This document shows, piece after piece, positions 54,154-64,000 of a stretch of DNA of 64,000 nucleotides. The notes under the pieces were generated by a model that was not told the DNA's origin, searched no databases, and saw only the letters and a list, made by a program, of their open reading frames with translations. Numbering within the stretch: position 1 is the first letter of the stretch; the number at the start of each line of letters is the position of its first letter. The translations under genes were made by a program, and so were the position numbers. Source of the DNA: Eledone cirrhosa. Lineage: Eukaryota. The DNA is taken from the NCBI GenBank assembly GCA_964016885.1, contig OZ024742.1:335296001-335360000 (forward strand), read 5' to 3'.

Positions 54154-54155
<2 letters not shown>

Positions 54156-54220
54156 AAGAGAGTCAGGTCCCCGAGGCTGAGCTCCGGCCGTTTCGCCAGT
54201 TAGATCCGTGAGAGAGAGAG

Positions 54221-54282
<62 letters not shown>

Positions 54283-54855
54283 AGAAGAAGAAGAAGAAGA
54301 AGAAGAAGAAGAAGAAGAAGAAGAAGAAGAAGAAGAAGATATCCACAAATATTCCTTCCTTGAAAAAGCTGCCACAATGCATATGAACTATAAATTAGTC
54401 GAATGATATGGAAAAAAGATGAAGAGAAACGCCTGCTAAAATCAAACCACGAATCCGTAATTTCAAAACAAACAAACAAAAACACAGATTTTCAAATTTT
54501 CTCAATAGATTCGTTCTCTCAGGGAAGCCTACACAGTGTATCCTACATGTGAGTGGTTTCCACAGAAGCACATGGAGAAATTCCAGTATTTCAGGGCCGT
54601 GTTCACAAGTGATAAAAGGCAGGGAGCTGAATTAAGTGCAAAATGTGCAAGAATTGCAGAGACAGACATACAGAGACACAACGAGAATGATAGACAGAGC
54701 GAAAAGCAGCAAATTTATAAAGTCCGTAATGTCTGACAAGAAGGCAAAACATTCCAATATGGCTGACAATCACAGCGAGAACGTCAATTAGGTTGAACTT
54801 TATTATTGACCTTCATAGAATCCTGGCGTTTCTTAATGTCTCTGTTACTGAAGAT

Positions 54856-57800
54856 CGTGGTGGCGGTGGTTGTGGTGGGGAAGGAGGTGGTGGTTGTGGT
54901 GGTGGGGGTGCTGGTTGCGGTGGTGTTGGTGGTGGTTGTAGCGGTGGTGTTTGTAGTGGTGGTGTTGGTGGATGTTATGGTGTTTGTGTTGGTTGTGGTA
55001 TTGGTGGTGGTTGTGGTGGTTGCTGTGGTGGTGGAGTTGGTTGTGGTTGTGCTGTTGGTGGTGGGTGGTGGTTGTGGTGGTGATGTTGGTGGTCGTGTTG
55101 GTGGGGGAGGGGTGTCGTCGTGTGGTGCTCGTGGAAGTGATAGGTAAGGTGGCGATTGTGTTAGTGGTGGTTGTGGTGGCGATGGTCTTGTTGGTGGCGA
55201 TGGTGGTGTTGGTGGTAGTGATGGCGATGGTGTTGGTGGTAGTGATGGCGTTGGTGTGGGTGGTGGTTGTGATGGCGATGGTGTTGGTGGTGGTTGTGGT
55301 GGCGATAGTGTTGGTGGTGGTTGTGGTGGTGGTTGTGGTAGCGATGGTGTTGGTGGTGGTAGTGATGGCAATGGTGTGGGTGGTGGTTGTGGTGGCGATG
55401 GTGTTGGTGGTGGTTGTGGTGGCGATAGTGTTGTTGGTGGTTGTGGTGGCGATAGTGTTGGTGGTGGTGGTTGTGGTGGCGATGGTGTTGGTGGTGGTAG
55501 TGGTAGCGATGGTGTTGGTGGTGGTTGTGGTGACGATAGTGTTGGTGGTGGTAGTGGTAGCGATGGTGTTGGTGGTGGTAGTGATGGCGATGGTGTTGTT
55601 GGTGGTAGTGATGACGATGGTGTGGGTGGTGGTTGTGGTGGCGATGGTGTTGGTGGTGGTTGTGGTGACGATAGTGTTGGTGGTGGTGGTTGTGGTGCGA
55701 TGGTGTTGGTGGTGGTAGGTGGTAGCGATGGTGTGGGTGGTGGTTGGAGTGGCGATGGTGTTGGTGGTGGTAGTGGTGACGATAGTGTTGGTGGTGGTGG
55801 TTGTGGGTGGCGATGGGGTGTTGGTGGTGGTAGTGGTAGCGATGGTGTGGGTGGTGGTTGTGGTGGCGATGGTGTTGGTGGTGGTTGTGGTGACGATAGT
55901 GTTGGTGGTGGTGGTTGTGGTGGCGATGGTGTTGGTGGTGGTAGTGGTAGCGATGGTGTGGGTGGTGGTTGGGGTGGCGATGGTGTTGGTGGTGGTAGTG
56001 GTGACGATAGTGTTGGTGGTGGTGGTTGTGGTGGCGATGGTGTTGGTGGTGGTAGTGATGGCAATGGTGTGGGTGGTGGTTGTGGTGGCGATGGTGTTGG
56101 TGGTTGGTAGTGATGACGATGGTGTGGGTGGTGGTTGTGGTGGCGATAGTGTTGGTGGTGGTTGTGGTGACGATAGTGTTGGTGGTGGTGGTTGTGGTGG
56201 CGATGGTGTGGGTGGTGGTTGTGGTGGCGATAGTGTTGGTGGTGGTTGTGGTGACGATAGTGTTGGTGGTGGTGGTTTTGGTGGCGATGGTGTTGGTGGT
56301 GGTAGTGGTAGCGATGGTGTGGGTGGTGGTTGTGGTGGCGATGGTGTTGGTGGTGGTAGTGATGGTGATGGCGATGGTGTGGGTGTGGTTGTGGTGGCGA
56401 TGTTGGTGGTGGTGGTTGTTGGTGGCGATAGTGTTGGTGGTGGTTGTGGTGGCGATAGTGTTGGTGGTGGTTGTGGTGGCGATGTTGGTGGTGGTGGTTG
56501 TGGTGGCGATAGCTGTTGGTGGTGGTAGTGATGACGATGGTGCTGGTGGTGGTTGTGGTGGCGATGTTGGTGGTGGTGGTTGTGGTGGCGATAGTGTTGG
56601 TGGTGGTAGTGATGACGATGGTGCTGGTGGTGGTTGTGGTGGCGATGTTGGTGTGGTGGTGGTTGTGGTGGCGATAGTGTTGGTGGTGGTAGTGATGACG
56701 ATGGTGCTGGTGGTGGTTGTGGTGGCGATAGTGTTGGTGGCGATGGTGTTGGTGGTGGTTGTGGTGGCGATGGTGTTGGTGGTGGTGATTGTAGTGGCGA
56801 TGGTGTTGGTGGTGGTGATTGTAGTGGCGATGGTATTGGTGGTGTTGTGGTGGCGGTTGTGGTGGCGATGGTGTTGGTGGTGGTTGTGGTGGCGATGGTG
56901 TTGTTGGTGGTTGTGGTGGCGATGGTGTTGTTGGTGGTTGTGGTGGCGATGGTGTTGGTGGTGGTTATGGTGGCGATGGTGTTGGTGGTGGTTGTGGTGG
57001 CGATAGTGTTGGTGGTGGTTGTGGTGGCGATGGTGTTGGTGGTGGTTATGGTGGCGATAGTGTTGGTGGTGGTTGTGGGGGCGATGGTGTTGGTGGTGGT
57101 TGTGGGGGCGATGGTGTTGGTGGTGGTTGTGGTGGCGATGGTGTTGGTGGTGGTTTTGGTGACGATGGTGTTGGTGGTGGTTGTGATGGCGATGGTGGTG
57201 GTGGTGGTTGTGGGGGCGATGGTGTTGGTGGTGGTTGTGGTGGCGATGGTTTTGGTGGTGGTTGTGGGGGCGATGGTTTTGGTGGTGGTTGGGGTGGCGA
57301 TGGTGTTGGTGGTGGTTGTGATGGCGATGGTGGTGGTAGTGATGGCGATGGTGTTGGTTGGGGTGTTTGTGGTGGCGTTTGCGTTGGTGGTGGTTGTGGT
57401 GGCGATGGTGTTGGTGGTGGTAGTGATGGCGATGGTGTTGGTGGTGGCGATAGTGTTGGTGGTGGTAGTGAGGCGATGGTGTTGGTGGTGGTTGTGGTGG
57501 CGATGGTTTGGTGGTGGTTGTGGTGGCGATAGTGTTGGTGTTGGTTGTGGTGGCGATGGTGGTGGTCGTGGTTGTGGTGGCGATGGTGTTGGTGGTGGTG
57601 GTTGTGGTGGCGATGGTGTTGGTGGTGGTTGTGGTGGCGATGGTGGTGGTCGTGGTTGTGTTTGTGATTTGATTGGTTTGGGATGGGATGTTGTGGGATG
57701 AGAATGTTTATGAGGAAAGGTATATGCTGTGGTAGTGTAATGGTGGTGGTACAGGAGGTCGTGGTATTGGGGATGGTGTGGAGAGATCATCGTATTTGTT

Positions 57801-58510
57801 GTTATTCTTGTTGTTGTTATTGTTGTTAGTGATGGTGGTGGTGGTGGTGTTTGTGCTGGTGGTGTTGTTGCTGGTGTGCTACTGGTGCTTGTGGTGGTGA
57901 TTGTGGTGGTGCTTGTGGTGGTGATTGTGGTGGTGCTGGTGCTGGTGCTTGTGGTGGTGGTTGTTGTGGTGGAGGTGCTGGTGCTGGTGGTGGTGGTGCT
58001 ACTGGTGGTGGTGCTGCTGCTGCTGGTGCTGGTGGTGCTGGTGGTTGTGGTGGTGGAGGTGGTGGTGCTGGTGCTGGTGCTGGTGGTGCTACTCATGGTG
58101 GTGGTGCTGCTGGTGGTTGTGGTGGTGGAGGTGGTGGTGCTGGTGGCAGTGGTGCTACTGCTGATGGTGGTGCTGTTGCTGATGGTGGTGGTGCTACTGG
58201 TGGTGGTGGTGGTGCTGCTAATTGTGGTGGTGGTGGTGGTGGTTGTAGTGGTGGAGATGGTGGTGCTGGTGGTGGTGCTACTGGTGGTGGTGCTGGGGCA
58301 GGTGGTAGTGGTGGTGGTGCTGGTGGTTGCGGTGGTGGAGGTGGTGGTGCTGGTGGTGGTGGTGGTGCTACTGGTGGTGGTGGTGGTGCTGGTGGTTGTG
58401 GTGGTGGTGCTGGTGGTGCTGGTGCTGGTTGTGGTGGTGGTGGTGCTACTGGTGGTGGTGCTGGTGGTTGTGGTGGTGGTGGTGGTGGTGGTGCTGGTGC
58501 TGGTGGTGGT
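54856..58510. repeat. Long degenerate (TGG)n-derived minisatellite (units such as GGTGGTTGTGGTGGCGATGGTGTT)
   Basis: Directly visible G/T-rich tandem repeats with frequent phase shifts. Confidence 0.92.
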
Positions 58511-58936
58511 TTTATTCGTCTGGAATGAAATGTTTTGAGGGAGAGGGGGTGTATATGAGGTGGTTTCTAGAAACTTCGAAGATAATAATACATTTTCCAA
58601 TGTACCATTCCTTCTTTTAAGACGGTAGGTCGTGAAGTATTGGAGATTTGGCTGCTATTTCTAACACAGAAACTCCCATTGGGGTGATAGATCTCTGATT
58701 TGAGGGCAACTTTCTCCTTTCCGTCTTGAAAATCCTGATTAAGGTCATTTGCTTTACCTTTCCTGTCCTAACAACATTTAAAAATATATTCACGAGGGTG
58801 TTGTTATTAAGCTACATATCAGATCTGAACAGGAAAATCTCTGATTTAAGGCGTCCCGTCCATGACCACCTGGTCTATCTAGGACTACACTGTCCAAAGT
58901 GACTCGCATTTTTTTAAAGACAGGAGAATGTAATGT

Positions 58937-59038
58937 GAAGAAGAAGAAGAAGAAGAAGAAGAAGAAGAAGAAGAAGAAGAAGAAGAAGAAGAAGAAGAAG
59001 AAGAAGAAGAAGAAGAAGAAGAAGAAGAAGAAGAAGAA
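58937..59038. repeat. (GAA)n microsatellite
   Basis: Directly visible. Confidence 0.97.
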
Positions 59039-59702
59039 TGTTAATAGTGGTGGTAGTGGTGGTAGTGGTGGTAGTGGTGTGTTGAAGAAGATGAAGGAAA
59101 GGAACAAAAAAAGATGGATGCCATACTTGTTGCTGCTGCTACTGGTGCTGATCTTGCTGTTACTGCTGTTAATGTAGTTGCTGTAGTTGCTGTTGTTGCT
59201 GTTGGTGGTGGTGGTGGTGGTGGTGGTGGTGGTGGTGGTGGCAGTAGTGGCGGCGACGGTGTTTATGTTGTTGTTGTTGATGATGAATCGGATGATGTCG
59301 TTGATATTGCTATTATTGTTGCTGGTGGAGCTTAAGGTGATGTGATGTTGTTATTCTTGTTGTCGTTGTTGTTGTTGTTGATATTATTGGAGTTGTTAGT
59401 TTCGTTGTTGTTTTTCTTGTTGATATTTTTCTTAATGTTATTGATGTTATTGTTGTTGTTGTTATTGTTGATGGTGTTGTTGTTGGTAGTGTGCTGGTGG
59501 TGTTATTGTTGTTGTTGTTGTTGCTCTTTATATTTTTGTTAATGTTACTAATGCTGCTTTTATTGTTGCTCTTGTTGTTGTTGATGTTGTGATGTTGTTG
59601 TTATTGTTGTTATTGTTGGTGTCTTTCATTAGTCAATAAAAGGACAGATGAATCTCTAACCAAATATCACAAAATGTGTTTTCTTTCACTCTCTTTCTCT
59701 CG

Positions 59703-59734
<32 letters not shown>

Positions 59735-59956
59735 TTCTCTCATTATTTCTCCCCACTGTCTCTACGTCGCTCCCCTTTCTATCTTTCTCCCCCCCCCCCC
59801 CCTCTACGTCTCTCCGCTCTCCTTATTGTCTCCAGTTTAATACTTTCATTTAAAAAATACTTCAATTAAATTGATTCTGGTTTCTGATTGGGATTATAAA
59901 CTATATCACTTATTGGTTGACAGTGATTGGAATAAATAATAGTAACAATAATAATA

Positions 59957-60400
59957 ATAATGATTTCTGATTTAGGCACATGGCCAGCAATTTAAAGGAC
60001 AGGGGAAAGTCGATTAAATCGACCTCAGTACATTACTGGTGCTTTATTTTATCGACCCCGTAAGGATGAAAGACAAAGCTAACCTCGGTGGGATTTGAAC
60101 CCAGAACGTAAATGGCCATAACTCTATCCCACTAAATATGTTGTCCAACACTCTACCGATACTGCCAATCCACCACCCTCATAATAATAATGGTTTCTTA
60201 TATAGGCACAAGGTCAGCAATTTTGGGGGAGAGGAAACTCGATTAAATCGAACCCAGTGCGTGACTGGTACTTTATTTTATCGACCCCGTAAGGATGAAA
60301 GGCAAAGTTAACCTCGGTGGGATTTTAACTCAGAACGTAAAGGGCCATAACTCTATGCTGCAAAGCGTGGTGCCTGACGCCCTACCGATTCTGCCAATCT
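59957..60400 (-). mobile_element. Two tandem tRNA-derived SINEs
   Basis: Units at about 59957-60175 and 60188-60400, with (AAT)n tails. Confidence 0.82.
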
Positions 60401-60419
60401 ACTACTAATAATAATAGGG

Positions 60420-60630
60420 ATAAGTGGATGTGAGAGCCTTGTGCCAAAACAATACAAGTGCCACCATGATAAAGTCTATTTGTACCTTCATTGGCTGTTA
60501 TGTCGTAAATACCAATATACAGTAATAGAGTATTGGTATGAGAAAATTACCAAGTACTCGCAATTGAAAGTGGAGATGGTAAGACCGTTTGGGAAATGGT
60601 TACAAAAGCCTCAAAAATATGATCAGGCGG
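60420..60630 (+). pseudogene. Degenerate fragment of another RLE-type (R4-like) element
   Basis: ISGCESLVPKQYKCHHDKVYLYLHWLLCRKY..WYE/KITKYSQLKVEM resembles the SGC..Y..RHD..LHW region and the K..KY region, with an internal deletion. Confidence 0.6.
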
Positions 60631-60638
60631 TTGCAATT

Positions 60639-60856
60639 GTTTGATAGGTACTGACTAGATTTCCAGAATGCGCCAGTGGGGACTGGACTTTTTGCATAGG
60701 GTCATCTAGATCGTATATAGATCAGTTTTTCATTCGGTTAGCAAATAGAGATTTCTCCATAATTTCAAACGGTTACCTACTCAGACCACAAATTCGGAAT
60801 TTTCATGGTTGACCTAGATAGAATACGTAGACAGGGACTCGGTGCGTAATGCCTAC
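60639..60856 (+). pseudogene. Degenerate internal fragment of the Tx1 endonuclease region
   Basis: GACTAGATTTCC..AATGCGCCAGT..GCATAGGGTCATCTAGATCGTA..GACCTAGATA matches about 2716-2972. Confidence 0.8.
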
Positions 60857-61393
60857 GGCAACTGGATTAACTAAATTGAGAATTTACGGCAACTGGATTA
60901 ATGAAATTGAGAATATGCACAGAAATTGAAGAGAGAGACTGTGTTACACTCTCCTCTGTAAAGTGATCCATGATATCAGTAAAGAGATATCAGTAAAGTG
61001 ATCCATGATACAATTATAAAAGACGATATTATATATAAAATGCTTTACGGCTAAATGTTATGAAAACGAAAAAGGAGAAAATTAGCGACGAAAATATAAA
61101 CGTTTATATAAGCGATGTGATACAGCGTACGGCTAAGTGTTATAATATAACGGACGCTAACCGGAAGTGTAGACATTTGAAAATGTTAAAAAAATGAATC
61201 TTAAAATAAGCAGTACATTACTTATATATAAGAATATTTATGTTTAATCAACAGCTACGAAATTTTGTAGATAAATTACATAATATTCATTCATGATTTA
61301 TTCAAAGTAATCCAGCTTATCTTAATAACGTGTTCAGAAAAAAATATCTCTGACACAATCCCGCAGTCCTCCAATCATTATATATTAGATAGT

Positions 61394-61580
61394 TGGATTG
61401 GCAGTATCGGTAGAGGGTCGGACGCCATGCTTTACAGCAAAGAGTTACGGCCCTTTGCAGTTTGAGTTCGAATCCTGCCGAGGTTAACTTTGCCTTTCAT
61501 CCTTACGGTGTCGATAAAATAAAGTACCAGTAATGCACTGGGATAATTGCTGGCCTTGAGCCTAAAGTAGAAACAATTAT
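61394..61580 (+). mobile_element. tRNA-derived SINE
   Basis: A-box TGGCAGTATCGG, B-box GAGTTCGAATCC, conserved body TTTGCCTTTCATCCTT..GTCGATAAAATAAAGTACCAG. Confidence 0.82.
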
Positions 61581-61786
61581 TTATTATGATTTCATTATCA
61601 GAAATGTTTTACAAGACCGCTTAAACTTTTCCGATTCTATATCTCCGTATTCTATATTTCGTATAAGAGTTGTTTATAATGTCGATTGCCATTTCTACAC
61701 ATTTATACATAACCACATTTATACTAACCTATTGGTCAAATCCACTCACCCATCCTGCCATCCACTTTATCTCTCTCTCGCTCTCG

Positions 61787-61870
<84 letters not shown>

Positions 61871-61874
<4 letters not shown>

Positions 61875-63341
61875 ACGGAGGGCCCGGTGAAGTTGCTCGG
61901 GGTCTGGTTCGGACCAGACCTCCAGGTGGAGAAGAACTGGGGTGAGGTAACGAACAGGGTGTTTGCACTGACCCAGAAGTGGGCCGAGTGCAAACTGTCC
62001 CTGAAAGGTCGGGCGGAGGTGGCGAACACTTATATAGCGTCCGTCATCTACTACCGCCTGACCGTTGTGCCTTGCCCAAGGGAAACGCTCGCCAAAATGG
62101 AGCGCGCACTCTTCCAATTCCTTTGGAAGAAGCGGGCTCCTATGGTGAGGAGATCCATCTGCTGTCAACACCCTTCGAAAGGAGGGCTGGGGATGCCGTG
62201 GCTAATGATACGTAAACACGCATTAAGGCTACGGCACCTTCAGGTATTCCTCTCCGGTCAACCGGTGTGGGCCCCGTTTGTGAGGCGAGCCTTTCCCAGA
62301 CTCGTCTCACTCACCGAGCTGCAATCCTGGGTCAAGCAAAGACCGAGAAAACTGGGCGCCTGGCACACCGAGTGTGCCCAGGCGCTCACGGCTCTCTGGC
62401 AGGCAGACCCGGCTGTCAGTGGAGAATCCACCTCGTCATTCTATAGAGGGCCTGTGGTTAGCAGGTGCGACGACGCCCTCGGAGAAGCCCTAGGCATGGA
62501 GGAAGACGAACTGGCCAACCTGTTCGGTAGGACATTCAGCCCGGGACCCATGGATAACTTCCAGAGGTCCCTGACCTGGCAATGCTACAGAAGGGCTCTG
62601 CCCGTTCGAGAAAGGCTCTACAGACACGGGCTCCCGGGTAGGGACCCCTCGAAAAAGATCTGTCCCAGATGCGTGTGCGACGAGGAAACCGTTGCACACG
62701 CATTGGTACACTGCTCGGGCATTGCCGCTCTGTGGGGTTATGTCGAACAACTGCTGTCAAGGGTGGGACCGATCCGGTTGACCACCGAGTCTATTGTAAC
62801 GATCAAGCCGCCTCTCCTCTTCAAAATCGAAGAAGAGGCGGTGTTTCTGTGCGTAATAGCCATGACGAAAGAGGTTGTATGGTGGACGCGTCTGAAAGGA
62901 CTGAGGTCAGACACCTTTCTCTCTGGCCAACAACTGGTCCGTTTCTTCCGATATCATTTCGGAAGAAGGATCAGGGTGGAGAGAGAGAGGTGCTGCACCC
63001 CAGCCGTTTTTATGAAAGATGGGTGAAAGTGGAGAGAATGGCCCGTGTGAATGGGCCTTCACTCTACATCAGACTATAGGTGAGGAAGATGAAAGACCAA
63101 GGGAGCACCCCTTCTCTGTGCTCCTGAGGAAAAGGGTTGCACACTTTTTTTCGGGGGTGTGTGCGACGCCCCAAGGCGCCTCCTCTCTATTGAGGATTTT
63201 GTTATAAATTTTATTCTGTTATATTTTATTTTATTTTTATATTTTGTTATTGCCTCCTCCTTATTGAGGACGCCTTGTTTTGTAAACTCCCCCCATTCTA
63301 CTTTGCCCACTTTTGATGCCCTGGTGGCAAATAAAAGAAAC
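61871..63341 (+). mobile_element. 5'-truncated Tx1-clade LINE (sister family of 47-5871), frameshift near 62985
   Basis: WTEGPVKLLGVWFGPDLQV onward is colinear with ORF2 from nt 4424. An extra AG in the GAGAGA run shifts the last residues (EVLHPSRFYERWVKV..IRL* to 63079). AATAAA then (TATC)n. Confidence 0.92.
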
Positions 63342-63342
63342 A

Positions 63343-63402
<60 letters not shown>

Positions 63403-63405
<3 letters not shown>

Positions 63406-63620
63406 ACACGACTGTATGTAAAATCCCCGGCATGTCTTTGTATTGTCCCCTTTCTTGTTGCGCCCTTGTGGCTAATAAAGAAATCTATCTATCTATCAAA
63501 TGTTTGTTTTAATAATGTTTTTACACGACTGTATGTAAAATCCCCGGCATGTGTCTTTGTATTGTCCCCTTTTTCTTGTGCGCCCTTGTGACAAATAAAG
63601 AAATATATCTATCAAATGTT
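63403..63620 (+). mobile_element. Two tandem ~100-bp Tx1 3'-end stubs
   Basis: TATGTAAAATCCCC..TATTGTCCCC..GCCCTTGTGGCTAATAAAGAAA (63403-63483 and 63520-63603) resemble 5798-5870. Each is followed by TATC repeats and TCAAATGTT. Confidence 0.8.
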
Positions 63621-63873
63621 CCAGTTGATTCAATCAATAGAACAGCCTACTTGTAAAATTATCGTGCAAGTAGCTGAACATTTCACAGATACGTGTAACC
63701 TTAACGTAGTTCTCATATAAAGCTCCGGAATTATAACGTGACTCAGTAGACTGCTGACGAGCGGGTATTCTCCATTTTTCCCTCTTTTCCAAGTGTTCTG
63801 TGTCAATTGCGTATCCCGTGTATCAGTTTTTGACTCATACATATATACATACATATATACATACATATATACG

Positions 63874-63904
<31 letters not shown>

Positions 63905-64000
63905 GCGTGTGAGAGGGGTGTAATCTAAAGGGGTCGTCTTCTTCGCCCAATTATTCCTGAGAGGGTCGTGGGAGCAGAGTCCTCAAACACTCCTTCCAAC

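Noticed and set aside
54784-58620. 1251-aa and overlapping Thr/Pro/Gly/Val-rich ORFs (mucin- or extensin-like)
   Set aside because: Open in several frames on both strands because TGG/CCA repeats lack stops. The repeat phase shifts constantly, and there is no signal peptide or recognisable domain.

Overview
Animal (eukaryotic) genomic DNA with no host gene I can support. The SINE set and the extreme microsatellite density suggest a cephalopod such as Octopus (inference). The window is a dense mosaic of microsatellites and mobile elements. It holds one full-length, apparently intact L1/Tx1-clade LINE (about 47-5871; ORF1 with a CCHC knuckle, ORF2 with EN-RT-CCHC) plus truncated relatives at the far end. 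It also holds an RTE-clade LINE with three C-terminal zinc fingers, five copies of a bipartite RTE-derived non-autonomous element, R4/Dong-like RLE element pieces, a young Penelope-like element (RT + GIY-YIG) with a ~580-bp inverted pseudo-LTR, a hAT non-autonomous element with a perfect 8-bp TSD, Chapaev3-like and hAT transposase relics, and many tRNA-derived SINEs. Two patterns stand out. (1) Nine minimal type-I hammerhead ribozyme motifs from several unrelated short sequences sit in (TA)n tracts, often in palindromic, inverted-pLTR-like layouts. (2) Element families are partitioned by microsatellite type: Tx1 in (ATT)n or (TATC)n, Dong-like and RTE elements in (CATA)n with opposite polarity, and Penelope-type pieces in (TA)n. 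Most of the ORF track is microsatellite artefact. All folds and alignments were done by eye.
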